A stretch of 64,000 bases of DNA. It comes from Monocercomonoides exilis PA203. Taxonomy: Eukaryota; Protista; Preaxostyla. Of this stretch, positions 25,501 to 40,362 are shown piece by piece. The stretch's first letter is position 1, and the number at the start of each line of letters is the position of its first letter. The stretch spans positions 310,001-374,000 of the forward strand of contig LSRY02000005.1 in the NCBI GenBank assembly GCA_001643675.2. Direction: 5' to 3'. The translations under genes and the position numbers were made by a program. Under the pieces are notes generated by a model. That model was not told the origin of the DNA. It searched no databases and was given only the letters and a program-made list of their open reading frames with translations.

Positions 25501-28500
25501 CTGCCTGTTCCTCTCCTTCTTCCGTCCACTCCTCAAAACAACCAGCAAACCACTTCACCGTTCAAAGACACGTCAACCCCCACCTCACTCTGCCCTGCCT
25601 CCTTCCCTGCTGTGCAGCAGATGGCTGAGTCTGTCTTGCTCAGCACATCCGCCAGCCATTCTGGAAACCCTTCCTCTCACGTCACTCCACACCACTCCCG
25701 CTCTTCCTCCCCCACAATTCGCACTCCTCCCTCTCAGCGCATGTCATCCCAATCTCCAAACACTTCATTCCATTCACGTCATTCACATTCAGTCCCTTCG
25801 TGCCCATCGCCAAGCTGTGTGTGCGCGAACAAATCAAACGGCTCTGCTGCTGCTTTAAATTCTCCTTCCCCTTCTCCTTCTCAATCTCCTTCTCAATCTC
25901 CTTCTCCTCTTTCTCCTTCTCCTTCATCTGCCCAGTCACAGCCATCTCAGTTGTTGGAGAGCAATGACATTCAGCAGACACCTCGCAGCAGTCTGTCACA
26001 TGAAATAGTCAAATTCAAACACACGCCAAAGAAAAAGAGGAAAGACGAAGATTCATCCAGCAGCAAAAGATCGTCTTCGAAGGAAGGAAACGAACAAGAC
26101 ATTTTGACTCCAGTTTCTGAGAATAAGAAGGCAATGAAAGAACATTCGCAGACAGCCACGCCAGAGACAGCAGTAAAGTCAACACGCCACAAACACAGCT
26201 CGTCTCAGCAGCTGGAGAAAAAGAAGAAGAAGAAGAAGAAGAAGAGCTCAAAAGAAAGGAAAACCAGTCGTTCAGGAACATCCACACACTCACTGCCACA
26301 CGATGAAAGTGGCTCTTCTCTCTTTGACGCCATTCCTAATTCTTCTCTGCAGCAGTCAGGGAGCATATCCCAATCACCACACGACACTTCATTTGCCTCC
26401 TCCTCCATGTCGCATCTGTTTCCTCCTGTTCAGCAGCATCTGTCTGATCCATTGGATAACCAATACACCCTTCAAAATGAACCCTCTTTGCCTCAGGCGT
26501 CTCCTCCACCCACAATCCGCAAGAGAGCGACGCGTTCGTCATCGACGCCTTCTACCTCATCTCCTGCTCATTCTGATGATTCCACTTCAGCTGTTGCTGC
26601 TCACAAAACATCTCTTTCCCCAAGTCATTCACGTTCTCCGCATTCCACCTCTGCCTCTTCCTCTTCATCATCCACATCAACATCTTCCACACTTTCTGCC
26701 GGTTCTTCTCGTTCCTTCTCTGCCACTGCTGAGTCCTCCCCTGTCTCTCACTCGCCCAACAGCATCTCTCTCGCTAACAGCCGCTTGGATTCCAATGGCA
26801 AGCCAAAGGGAAGGCTTTCTGCTTGCACCAAATCGAAGTCCTTTTCCGTTCCTTCTGATTCTTTCCTTTTGCCTGCCTCTTCTCCTTCTGCCTCTTCCAG
26901 TTTCAGCACCTCGCCTCTTCCTTCTTTCATCTCCTCTCTCTACCCCTCTTCTCAATCACCGTCTGCCACATCTCCTCTCATAAAGCCTTCTTTTTCCTCT
27001 GCCCCTCCCCTCTCCGATGCAGCTGGTGCCTCTGCCTCTTCCCAATCGCTCAGCTCTTCGCATAAGCCTCCTCTTCCTTCTGCTTCTCCTCCACACAAAA
27101 CAGAAGCCATCCAGCCAAACAAGCAGGCACTCGACAAACTTGGTAACCCTTCTATTAATATGAAGCGTTCCCATTCCGGCTTCCTTCTGCCGTATCAGAA
27201 CTGGAGCCATCGGCGCTGTGCATCCGATATGAACGGCGTCGTTATCTACTCCAACTCCTTCCAGTCAGGGGAAGCTGCTGATGTTAATGGCCCTCTGAAC
27301 ATCATGGCAAAAGGGTTGCCCAATGTCCTTGGCCTCGGAAACAGCATCAGCAGCAGAGGCAGGTTCCTTCCCCCTCCTTCTCCTCTCTCACAGCAGGGGG
27401 AGAGTGTGGTGAGGCGCTCTTTTAACAGACTGAAATTGGGGCGCACAGTTTCCTGTGCAAATCTGCCATTCCCTCGCTCGCCTGCATTGGGTGAGTTTGG
27501 ATTGTTGACTTCTTCTGATGCCTCTGCTGCCTCTGCTGCCTCAGGAAATACAATCGCTTCCGCCTCAACCATTTCATCTTCTTCCTCTTCTTCCTCTTCT
27601 TCCTTTGCCTCTTCCTGTTCTCCCAATATCAATTCACCTTCCTCCACTGCCAATGCAGACATCCAGTTACAGCACTCTCTCTTCAAAGAAAGCTTCGCCC
27701 CTTCTCCTCCTCCCTCCTCCCTCTCTTCCTGCCTCATCGACACGAGCAGCTCTGATTCCTCTCTCCCTGACTCCTCTGCCAATCCTCCTAATAAATCGGA
27801 TATCGGCTTCCTTATCCGCCCTCAAGACTCTGGTGGTAAGAGAAATAGTTCAGAAGTCCAGCTTTCTCTCTCCCCCAACGCCAATTTAAAGCGCGCACAG
27901 CCTGCCCCTTCGACTTCTCCTCTTCAATTCGGCTCTGTCAACCCAAGCGTCAACCAAGTCTCTTTCGCTTCAGACGAGCAGGGCTTTTCAACTTCTTCTC
28001 TGGCGTTGTCTGTTGCCTCTTCTGGACAATCATCATCTTCCTCCTCCTCTTCCTCACCAAACTCCCCTTCTGCCTCTCCGACTGTTTCCAGCGCGTTCAT
28101 CAATAGGAACTCTCTGCGCAAAAGTATCCCTTTTTCTTCTTCTTCTTCTTCTTCTTCTTCTTCCACCTCTTCTCTGAAACGTCCTCTCTACAGATCCATG
28201 TCATTCGCATCAAGACCCAATTCCACTCTGCCTGCTCTCACCATCAACTGGCCTCTGGCATTCCCAAGCGGATCGCCAGACACAGCTGCGTCTGTTGAGA
28301 CCCCCTCTTCCGAGCAATACCCTCTCCGGCTCGCTTCTGCCTTGTCTCCTTCTCCTCCGCCTCCTCCTATTTCCTCAGGCGGCGGCTCACCTTCTCTTTC
28401 GGTCTCCTCCGCCTCCTCCTTCTCTGCCCAGCCGTCGCCAAACGTGCGCTCTCCGCTCTACAGCCAGCCGTCTTCTTCCTATCACTCGCCGCTTGCTCAG

Positions 28501-29415
28501 TCTCTCTGTGCTGCTTCACCTGGGCAGCTTCGTCAGGGCAATGCTCAACCGATCCAAAACATGAATTCCGTCAAAACCATCTACGGCGTCCCGTACATCG
28601 AAGACAAAAGACCGATGATTCCATACACTCAATCGATATCATCAACATCTTCTTCTTCTTCTGTCTCTTCAACCACTGCTCAGGGTGATAATGTATCCAA
28701 CTTCACACAAAATGAGCCGTTTTCCCCGGACATAGCGAAGATAAGAAAGGTAAGTCATCTAAATTCTTTATCTACAACGCCATACGATCAGCATACCCCA
28801 GAAACAAACGACGAGCAGACGAAGCCAGCAGCAGGTGACACTCACAATGCAAATCAGCCGTCTGCAACAGCAGAAGTCCAAACACGCAGCGAAGGAGCAA
28901 AGCAGCCTTCGTCTTCTGCTTCTGCCTCGCCGCAGAAGAAAAAGACTAACACCATAAATCCAAGAAAGAAGACGAATATAAAGTTCTCGATTCTGCTGAA
29001 CGACGACAAGAAGCTGCCGTCTTCAGCTAAAGAGAGGCCTTTGGACATCTCAGTGGAGTCCTTCCCAGGCTCTGTCTCTTCCTCCTCTGCCTCCTTCCAC
29101 GCGCAGCCCGACGAGTTGCCCACTGAGCGGTCGTGGGCAAGCCACGTGTCGCCCGTGTCTGTGCCCGCCAGCCCGTTTTCGAGCGACGAGATGAAGCTGC
29201 CTGAAGAGAGCAGCGCAGATGCCGCATCGATGCCCCAGTGCAACGTGTCTGACGTGTCGCCCACCTTCGGCCTGAAAAGACCTTCGAAGCACACGCGAGG
29301 ACTGACGATGGACCATTCGCATCTGTCGCAGTCATCTTCCTTCTGCACACCAAAGAAAGAGCAGGATGTTGTCCGTTCTGTATGCGCAAAGTCGCTTGAT
29401 GTCTCATCATCATCA

Positions 29416-29454
<39 letters not shown>

Positions 29455-32400
29455 TCTTCTTCCTCTTCTTCTTCCTCTTCTTCTTCATCTGACCAAGCGG
29501 AACTTGCTATTCGAAATTCTGCTGTGCGTGCGTCCACCTCGTCTTCAGCAGCGCTCTCTGAAATGTTAGCCGTCAAGCCAAAGCCTCAGCGGAAGGACAA
29601 ACAGCCCATGGAGTACAAGCTTAATCGTTCAAAGAACTTCAAATGCACAAATCCTCTCAACAGCTTTGTTAACGAACGCCAGCAGCTTTGTCCACTCTTG
29701 TATCGCAGTGCCTGCAGCATGCCCATCTCATCCGTCGAGAGCCTTCCCATCATCTGCCCCATCGCCCAGCAGCCAGACGCGTCGATTTCGAACGCCCCGT
29801 CACCGCCTTACACAAACACCTCCACTCCTGTCCCTTCTCCTCCCTCTTCTGCGCAGCAGTCGCATCGGAGGGAGATGCAATTCTCAAGCACGCCCAACCC
29901 TTTCCCGCCTGACTTTTCCAGCAGAAAAGCATTGCAATACGCGAAGCAGTGTTCACCTGTCTCGTCGCTTCCTCTGAAGTCTCTGGTGCAGACGCAGATG
30001 CAGCCGCTGGATGTGAGGTATGCTGCCCCTCTCTCAGACAGATCATATGAAAGCGAGTCCCTCCGCAAGAAGGAGCAGATGCAGCTGCTTCTGTCACAGA
30101 AACACCCTCTCGACAGCCTCCGCCACTCAGATGACAGTGTAAAGCTGCCCAAGCAGATCAGAGGACCACTCCCTGCCTTTTCAGAGCCATCTGCTTCGCC
30201 CTCACGAATGAGCAACACGAAGTTAATGCATCTGCAACAATCACAGCAATCTCAAATAGCTCAGCAACTTCAACAGTCTGAACAGCCAGCACTGCGGAAT
30301 GAACAAAAGCAGCAGCAAAATTTTTCTTACTTGACCAACAGCAGAGAACTCCCGCTGATTCCATCGAGAACTGGTTCGTACAGCTCGATGGCTGAGGCAG
30401 ATGCGCCAGCACATTCTGAAGAACCCTCTGCTTTGAGATGTTCATCGACCGAATCAATATCTCAAACGGGATGCGATGACACCTCTTCTATTGCAACGAC
30501 TGAGGCTGTGCCTTCTGAGGATTCTGACCATCCAACAGAATCTAAAACAGACAGCCAGCATTTCTCTCCTGAAAGGCAATGGGGCAGATACGGTCTTCGT
30601 TCAAACATCGGAGAAAGCGGAGAAATGAACAACCAAACAACACCTTCTCCTCCGCCGCCGCTGATAAGATTGCAGTCAGCTGACGATGGAAGCACAATGA
30701 ACACTGCAAATGTGGAGTTCACACCAAAAAAGACTTTCTTGGCAAAGCCCGCACCACGTGGGTATTCATCGCTGATGTCTCCGTCAATGTCGCCTGATTC
30801 ATACAGAACAGAATCTGATTTGACTTCTGCTGGTTCGCTGAAACCTCGTTATGACAGACGATTCAACAGACAAGCAGTGTCTGCTCATTCTGATGGCACA
30901 ACCCCAGAATCTCTCAAATTTGTGGACGAATACGGATTTTCTGAGGGAAACAGCTTTGTCGATGGAGAAGATAAAATGAAAAAGAACGAGCTTCAGCAAG
31001 TGCCTGTTCGATATAAGCATTCAGAGGAGGAGGAAGACATAGTAGATGAGCAGGACGAATTTGCTTCACAGAAATCTTCTCGTCTTTTCCCTTCTTTGGA
31101 GATGAAAGACCATTCAATGTCTTTGGCAACGCCTTCTGCACAGAAAGATCCGCTATCTTCGCCGGACGCATCGACTCCTCCGTCTTTTCGTTCGCCACTT
31201 CCACATTTGTCGAACACCAACAGAACTGGGAGCTTTCCTTGTGCATCTCTGTCGACGCCAACGCCTCCTTCCTTCCCTTCTGCCTGTTCTCAGACAGATG
31301 TTAACACACCTGTCTCTTCTATCCCTCCTTCCTTTTTGAGCCAGTCGATCGGCACGCCAATCAAAAATGGCTATTTGTCCTGTCAAAATGCTTCAATTCC
31401 AACAGCTGCTGCTGCAGTCACGCCAATGGCACTGAGGAGCACTGAGTTGATGTCCACACCTGAGGCACAGACAACTCCGGAGCGCTTGTTCACTCCCACT
31501 GCTGGCACTCCACAGGGCAATGTTGCCTTAGATTTCACACCCCAGTCTCCTGTTTTGCTCACTCGCACCACAAAATTCTCTTCTCAGCTGAAGAAGCACA
31601 ACTCTGCCAAGATGAAAGAGTATGCCTTGTCTGCTTCTCCTCAAAATGCGAATTGTTCCAGGCCTTCGTTTCCAGCAACTCCTTTTCCAACTCGCCAGGC
31701 ACCTTCACTTGCTTCTGGTGAAACACAACAGGTGCTGAGAAATCAGCCAAAGGGGAGTGTTTTGGACAGTTGGGATGCTGATGAAGATGGGAAGGGAAGT
31801 GTCCAGGAAGAAATCTCGTTGAAGCCAATCCGCCTTTCGGCATTGTCTTCTCCACTGTCTTCACCTGTGGCTAATTCGAAAGGGCTTAGCAGTCCAATCC
31901 GTCCGCTTCGCAACATCAATGACAGCCTGCCTCCATTGGAATCACTTGCTTCTCCTTCATCAGATAACGATGATGTTATCGAAATCAATCTGGCTATCCG
32001 TGGCAAGGAAACCTCCACACAGATGCCTCTCACATCGCTGGAGGATGACTTGAAAGCGCTTGAGCTGACCAGCGATGTTCTGCAACTCGATGCTGATTCG
32101 TTTCTATTGTCTTCAATGGAGGCACAACCACCAGGTCTCCTCTTCTCCACTGTTCCCTTTGGGCAGCAAGCATCGCCTTCCACTCCAGTTAGGGAAGCCT
32201 TCCGCTCGTATACATCAACAGCACACAATCAAAGCGATGAGGAAGGTGCTGCACCTGCCACTTCTCCTTTCAAAACCCTTTCGCATCGGTATTTCTCAGC
32301 ATCGTCTCGTTTTACCACAAATGGTTCGCTTCTATCAGCCAAAATCGAAGATGTCATTACAGAGCCATATGAGTTTGCTATTAACTCATTCTGCATCATG

Positions 32401-35400
32401 TCCATTCCGTGTTTGCTGACTCCATTTATCACCTGTCCCATCCCATTTTACTTCAACTTCATCAACTGCACTGTCACAACTGCCTTTTTCGTTCGCTTGT
32501 TCATCAGAAGCTTCGAATACAACCAGAAACACAATGCACTTATCAAATCGATCTATCCAGACATCGATTTTCTGTTGGGCGATTGCAGTTCTTACGCAAA
32601 TGATGACTCTCCGATGAAGAATTACAGCAGCTTCCAGGAATCGCAAAGGCAGACAGAGGACTTTTCGAGCGAGCAGTTTGGGACAGAATATTCTTCAGAA
32701 GAAACAACCCCATTCTCCATCTCATCTTCAGCTGCATCCACTCCTTACCACTCCAACTTCGACAACGCATCGCCTTCATCCAGTATCACCTCTACTGTCG
32801 AACTTTCTACGCCTTCTTCAGAACGATCTCGGGCGAACTCTCTTGCCAATGCATCTCCAACCACTCCCCCTATGTTAAGAGAAGTTTGTCCGTCGTCTCA
32901 GACTCTTTGGTCTCCTCTGCGCCACTCCTCAACAACGCTTCATCCAGATGCATCAACCGTTTCTCAGGAAGGAAAGGCAAAATCAACAATATCATCCACA
33001 ACAACCTCAACATCAGCCTCGCCATTGAAAGATGGAAGTGCATCACGTCCATTTGCCGATCCTAACAAGATGAAAACAATAATAGCTGGAAAGATAGCAG
33101 CAATGCTTATTGTGTCCTACATCAGAGGAGATTTCAGGGCATTTCTGTCTGAACGGCAGAACGACAGTGATACAGAAGAAAAGGAAAAAGAAGAGAAAGA
33201 GAAAGATAATCAGACAGTACATTCTCACGCAAAGACTCACAGAAAGTCGAAGAAGCATTCAAAGCATTCTGATCGTTCAGAACATACAAAGAAAAAGAAA
33301 AGAACGAAACACAAACAATCACAGCACTCAACACATTCAGAACATTCAAAGAGCTCGAAGGATGAGAATGCAAAATTGGATGGTCAGTCTCTATTTCTTT
33401 CTCCGATGAAAGGCGATTCTCAGCTGAATGTGATGGATTCTCCACAAAGACGACAAACAGGCTCGCAAGTTATTTCTACTCCTCAAACAGAAAAATCTCA
33501 GAAGCGTTCTCGTTTCGGTAGCAATAACGTCTCTAAAAGCGCGTCTCATTCACATTCTCTTTCACCTTCATCGTCAATCACAAGAAAGCGCTGTTCCATC
33601 CGATCAGCTTCGCACGAGCCGATTTTGCAGATCAGCCAAAAGACTCAACCACATCCAACGACGCCAAGCACAGGCAGAACAATAAGATCGCTGGGACTAT
33701 CTGCTTCTGGAGTGTCGCCTTCCTCTCGCATAGCACAGAATCTCATCTTGGCACCATCTCCCCAGCGCCCAACAGTGACGTCTCCGACATCCACGCCAAC
33801 AGCACCCTCACGCACATTGCCTGCTAATCAGTCAAGTCTTTCTCCTTCGTCTGTTGTTTCTTCTGTTTCTGTACATGACACTGAACAGATTGAGTCAACA
33901 CCTCTTTCTCAGTCATTGTCGACAATTCGCACTAACGACACTCCAGCCACATTTGCTTCGATGATTTCTGTTTCACCACCGTCTTCTCCTTCGGGGGATA
34001 TTAAAAATCAAGAATTTGCGTATACTTCTCCGTTGCAGAAGCATATGTTCACAATGGAAATGAACAAAACAACAACTTCACTGGAAACAGAGAAACCGAC
34101 AGAAACACCTCCATTGTCACCAACTGACAAAGATGCATTACCTTTTGAAATGACAACAGAATTCGAAAAAGAAGTAGCAAATTCAAAAGATATCAAAAAT
34201 TCGACTTTTTCATATTTCGATTCGTCTTATTCACCAATTTACACTGGCAAAAAGCCAGCTGTGTTCCACACCCAACTTGTCGGGAATATTGGTAGCAATA
34301 TCCGCTCCTCATCGCTTGCATCATCTTCAATTCCTCAAAGTCCAGACTCAATTTTCCCATCTTCTTCAAAAGGCAGTCGAAGGATTCATTCTCGTCATCC
34401 ATCCACTCCTCCTCCGTCGATGCCTTCTCGCCAGCCATCTACGCTCGCACTTGGCCTATCGCCTTCTTCTCATCCCTCGTCGTCCACACCTCCTCCACCA
34501 CACGCCAAATACTCTCCACCCTTCCGCCACTCCAACTCTCCTCCTGTCACTCCTCCTCAACTGAGTGCTTCTCTTCCTCTTTCTCAGATCGGTGGGCAAA
34601 CTGCCATTTCTTTGTTTAAGCCATTGGATCAGCCTCTTGCTGCTACTTTTTCTGCTCTCACACGCGGCAGGTCTGCCGTACCACGCCCAACTCTCTCCAC
34701 AACTGTCAATTCGCTGTCTTCCACAAACCGCAGCAAAGACAAAATGCAGGTACTGAACGTAACTTCCACACATGCTCATGTGCACTTTACTCCAGCCCGC
34801 CATTTAAATAACCCTGCTTTTAGCTTCTCATTGCCTCCTACAAATCCTTTGCATCTTCTTTCTTCATTCTCAAATTCTTTAAAGCCGAAGATGCTGAATG
34901 GTACAGAACGAAGCGCCGATGATGCTCTTTCTTTGACAACTCAAGCACACTTATCACAGCCTTCGAGTGACTCTTCAACAACTTCTACATTCGGCTCGAC
35001 AGTTGCAGGTCAAGCTTCAGAAGGGAAAGATGACAACTCGCTTGTTGAAAGCATGGCATCGTTATCTATTACACCTCCTAAAAAGCATGTTCGTCGTGTT
35101 TCTGTTCAGTTTAGCTCGCCTCATAACGAGCAGCGAAAGCATAATTCGTCTTCTCCTGCTTCAACAACCGCAGCAATTGCAGAGAGAGACAATGAGATGA
35201 TCCACACCGCACACACATTACTAACACTGGAATCAATTCCATCTTCAACTCCTTCAGAACTGACTGCTTCGTTTGGTTTGGATCTCACCCAGGCACAAAC
35301 AATTTCAGAAGAAAAGGAAAAAGAAAAAGAAAAAGAAAAAGAAGAGATTGAACAGATATGCACAGCAGCTGTTGAGCAGGAGATTGCTGCAACATACCCT

Positions 35401-35679
35401 CAGGACAATTCATTAACTCCGCCTCAACTATTACATAATCAGATGTTTGCAGAATATCCAGACAATGAAGAGGAAGAGCTAGCACAAGAGCAAGTGCAAG
35501 AGGAAGATGCAAATATGAGGGCAATCAGACAGCGAAAGGAAGACTACTACTATCAAGTGGCTCATTTGCTATCACCTGAAGAATTTATGAATGTGTTTGG
35601 ATATCCTCCTGCACCTTCAATACCTCAAGATTTGACGAGTGTAATTACTGTATTTGTTCTTCTTCTTCTCTTCAGGTGA
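22522..35679 (+). CDS. Wee1/Myt1-family (Myt1-like) protein kinase with very long Ser/Pro-rich extension, 4385 aa
   Basis: N-terminal kinase motifs IGTGSFGDVYKV, YAVK, HPHLVELVQAWEQ, HLDIKPDNIF, YKLGDFGL and EGDSRYLAPEIL (the EGDxRY Wee1/Myt1 signature). Hydrophobic segments near 32370-32505 and at the C-terminus. Confidence 0.9.
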
Positions 35680-36795
35680 ATTTTAAACATTATTTTTGTT
35701 TCTCTTATTGTTTGATTGGAAAACTGTTCCTATTCTTATCTTTCTAATTTCTTCTTGTATTAATTTTGAAAACATCTCACATTTTTTCAAAAGAAAAAAA
35801 AAGACAATTTTACCAAAAAGACAACGCTCAAACTTCTTGTGCTGAGAAGAGCAAAGCACTCTGAATAAATATTTTGTTGATTGTTTGTAATATGATGGCT
35901 TTTGTTTTCTTTTTTGAAATGGAACAAATTACAAATAGTTTTCGAGATTTCACGTATTTTTCAAGATTGTGGAGGAAACGCACTGAAGAGAGAAAAGCGA
36001 ACATTAACTGTAGTTCATAAAAGCCAGATTTTTTGCTATTTCAAGTGAAAAGGAGGAAAAATTTTTAAATTAAAATTCTCAAAGACTATGCTGTTGACAG
36101 AAATGAAAGCAAACAAGATGAAAGATGAATTCAATACAATATCAAAATAACAAGATAGAAAGGGATGAAGAGAAAGAAGGGGAAATAAAAATTGGCAAGA
36201 AGTGAATTGACAAAGGTCAAAAACTTTTTCTTCTCAAAAGTGAATAATCTTTGTAACATCAAAACTAACTCTTATATTTTTTGTACATCAAAGTACCTCT
36301 CAACAAGTGTCAAAATAGAATAATCACTCAAAATGAACAAAAAGAAACCCTCAATGCCAACAATTGGAAAAATTGATTGAAACAAAGATTATTTGGAAAA
36401 ATAAAACAAAATAATGAAAAAAATAAAAAATGAACACTTTTAAAAATAAGCTTTTAAAACAGACTTCACTGAATTATAGCTATGAATGACAGTTTTCGGT
36501 TTAAAAATAAAAAAAGAAAGGAAAAGAAAGGAAAGTTTAAAAAAAATGAATGAAAAAGAGCAAAACGTGCAATGGAAACAGCTAATTCCAACGTGATAAA
36601 AATTAACAATTTTTGATGATCTAATGTACTAAAAATTAGAAAACTAATTAGAAACAAATTAGAACAAGCTTTCCCAAAAAATATTTTATAAAATTAGAAA
36701 AATAAAAGATGGGTTGCAGCATCGCAACAGTTTTGTGATGCTTCATCCTTTCAAAAAAGATAATAAAAAAATCAAACATTTTCCATAGCACAATT

Positions 36796-39700
36796 TTAGA
36801 GTCCGATTGAGACATGAAGATCGGTATCAAATATAATCGCCATGGCAAGTGACATAAGCCCAAATATTACTCCAAGAAACAGTAACGTCCAGGCAAAGCA
36901 TACAGGCAGTGAAAGATGTTTCTTTGGAACAAGCAACTCTTGCAGTCTGTTCTGATGCATCTCCACAACCTCTGCATCCAACTCATAGGTATCTGCTGCG
37001 ACATTTTCCTTTCTTAAAGAGCGCTCCTTCGCTGATTCGTCTTCGTCCATTGCGGATCTCAATGAAGCATCTGATGGTTCGTTTGGCCTGTGTCTCATTC
37101 GCTGTGTTGTTGTGCTGCCATTTCCAGATTTGCTTCGTCTGATCGGTTTGCGGTGAACACTCTTCTTATTTGTGTGCTTTCTTCTTCGAACAACTCTTGT
37201 TGCAGAATCGCCAGATTTGAGTCTCTTGCTTTGCACTTCTTCAGGAGTTAACTCTGGAGGGATGGCATCTGGCACCTCATCATGACCATCTGCGAATTAT
37301 AAGTGTGAGCGAGAAAAAGACAAAGGATGCAAGCAAAGCATATTTAAAAAAAAATTAATAATAATAAATTTATATAAAAGAATTGATAAATAAAACAGCA
37401 ATACAACACTTGAAGCCTTAAAGACTGTAACAACACTTCAAAAACACCACAATCAAAAAAGACTCAAAACCATAAAATGCAGCTTTGTTGCATACCATTA
37501 GCAGCAGCATCTGTCATAACTGCATAGCTTGGCGAAAAGAAAGAAGGTCTCTTTGTCATTCCGTCCATTGCGGAGTGGATGGATTGCGTGGATGAGAGGT
37601 TCACTCTTGATGGAGTGAATCCCAGTCTTGTGGAAGATGCATGTTGTGGCAATGTGATTGCCTGCTTTGATGCCGAATGCAAAGAACCCATCGCCTGGGA
37701 GCCCATGGCACTTGAAGAGGGAGAGGCTGAAAGAGCAGCAGTCATGTTCATCGATGAGCCAACTGAGGAAGGTGAAGAGACGTGTGGCGACACGGCAGAG
37801 CGAGGAGCCTCCGGCTGTGGTGTTAGCGACGAAGGTGTTGCTTGTGATGAAGGTGTGGTTGGCGATGGAGAAGTCGGGTAAGTCGGAGGAGTGGTCGACG
37901 AAATTGGCATTGAGCCAGTTGAAGGCGACTGGAAAAAGGAGGTGGAAGGTGTGGAGTGCATTCCTGTTCGCGGGGTTGGTGCAGCAAATCCTGTAGACGA
38001 GGAAGATGTCGTCATCCCTGGGTTTGTTGGAGTAGGCTGAGTAGACGAGGTTGTGAAAACACTTGACGATGCAGAGGGGATCGAAGAAGGCTGAGCTGCT
38101 ATCGAAGGCGGTGTTTGCGAGCTCTGCCGAGAAGGCCCAGCACTAGGTGCTGCTTGTGAGGGGTCAAACTTGATCTCTGTTGCTGTCGCAGATGGCGTTG
38201 CTTCAAAAGGCTGATCGGCGTAAAACGATGGAGAGCGGTGTGGAATGGTCATTGTGTTTGACGATGGCGTTTGAGCAATCGAAGTTGGAGACGCCGTCAT
38301 CCTCAGCGCAGATGAATGGCGCGATCCAGAAGACTGGGAAGAGTTAGACGAGGCCGGAACAAACGAAGTTGGAGCTGCATCGTAGTTATCGCCTTCGCCT
38401 TCAGAGTCAGAATCAGAGTTGGAGTCATCGTCAGAATCGAAGCCTTCGTCGTCGGTGGTCGTGTCGTACTTCACGTTGGGATCTGCAGATGAGTCATTGC
38501 TCGGATGATTCGATGGAATATTTTCCATTTCTTTTGCTTTGAATCTGCTTGACCGTGAAGAAATAGGATTGCTTGTTACACTCGACATTTCAACAGATTC
38601 GTTGCCTTCGTAGTCATCGTCATCATCGTCTTCCTCTTCCTCCTCTTCGTCTTCATCGGAGTCAACATAGTTTTCACCATCAATAACTTCAATCTCCTCT
38701 CCTTTCTCTTTAATGTATTCCACGCCAGATTTCTTTTCTTTGACTTCATTCTCTGGTGTTTCTGGCAATCCTTCGATGACCTGAAGCCTCTTCTCATTCA
38801 CAAATCGCCAGGGCTGAGTGGACACACGGATGAAAAACATGCATGGTACCACAAATGTCACGCATGTTCCGGCTGTTGACCCAAATATGTCAAACACAAA
38901 CGAGACCTATTTCAAGTTTATAAATGTCAACAAATTGGTAAAAAAAATAAATTAAAAAAAAAATATTTCAAAATGATATTAATGTACAATATCGAATAAA
39001 TATTTTTCTAAAATAAATAAAAATATGTTCATTAACTTCATTCGAGAAAAGTCAACACGATTTCGAGAGTTTAATAAAATAAAAATATTTGCAGGAATTA
39101 TTTATCTGTTTCAAATGATCAAACTTTATGCAAAAAGATAGCCAGCACGCACATAATAACAGTCATTCCTGATCCGATCAGCCCTGTTGCAAAATGATGC
39201 TTAGTGAGCTTCCCGAACACGATCACGTTCTTCCATTCTTTTGGAATCAAAGGAGGAGGTCCTCTTCCACCGCTGTATCTCCTTTTCAGTTCGGCTTTGT
39301 CTTTCATTGTTATCAGATCCACTGCACATCTAATAATTCCCAGTAATTCAGCACGGGTTGGTATCATCATAACGGGATATGAACATATCAGGGCTGCAAT
39401 GAAGCCAATACGCGCAATTAGTACAACAACATCATTATCTGGATACATCGTCAATATATTTCCTCCAGATTCTGCTGAAAAAAACAAATCAGTAAACTGT
39501 ATGTATCCAAACAGCGAGCAGCATAGATACAACACTCCAACAAGACTAAGTGTAAAGATTGCAACTTTTTTCATTGATCGTATGCTTTTGTGTCCGAGTT
39601 CTCCTTGGATAATTGGTATGTTCTGTTGGCACCCGAATGCGAAGCATAAAGTTGAAAAGCATTGAATAATTGTCAAAGAAGGATGCACTGCCTCTGCGGG

Positions 39701-40362
39701 GATGTGTGGTGGCATTCCATCCGCTGGAGCAACAAATCTTATAAAAACAACAATTATTGCATAAATAAACGCAATGATTGCAAGTGAACTTACAGTCTTC
39801 AATGAATCCACTCGACGAAACCATGATAGAGGTTGAAAGAAGAAAAATCCCAGAATGATTGTTATAAACCAGCGTTGTAACGTAACACTTCCTTCCGGAA
39901 CTCCGGCTGCTCGTAGTAAAGAAAGAATAAAATCTCCAACAAGAATTACATATGCCCAAAGAAACCCAAAGCACTGCAAAAATGTGCAAGCTCCGACAAA
40001 AAATATGCCAATAGGACCAAATAATCTCCCTCCAATCTGAAACAAAATTTATGAAAATATCAAAAAAATTATCAAAAATTTTAAAGTTTATCTAATCCAA
40101 ATAGTCAAACACTCCCGAGCGTGTATAAGCATGTAGCATCCGCAGCATACATAAGGAAAGTGAATGATACATATGAAAGAAGGATCATTACCAAAAATAT
40201 CAATATAGCTGGCACCAATCCAGATTTAGCAAAAGCAAATGGAAGACCAAGTATTCCAGCTCCAACGATTGTGTTTGCCAAATTTGCTGTTCCAGAAAAA
40301 ACAGATGCAGCCTTTTTCTTTGATGGAACTTTTTGTAAAGGTGCTTTTTTTGATTTCACCAT
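36796..40362 (-). CDS. SLC38/AAAP (Aa_trans) amino-acid transporter, multi-exon (approx. 40362-40113, 40037-39125, 38907-37470, 37290-36796)
   Basis: NLANTIVGAGILGLPFAFAKSG, FAFGCQQNIP, FGYIQF, SYPVMMIPTR, FDIFGSTAGTCVTFVVPCMFF and a final TM WTLLFLGVIFGLMSL, separated by AT-rich introns. Exon borders approximate. Confidence 0.9.
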
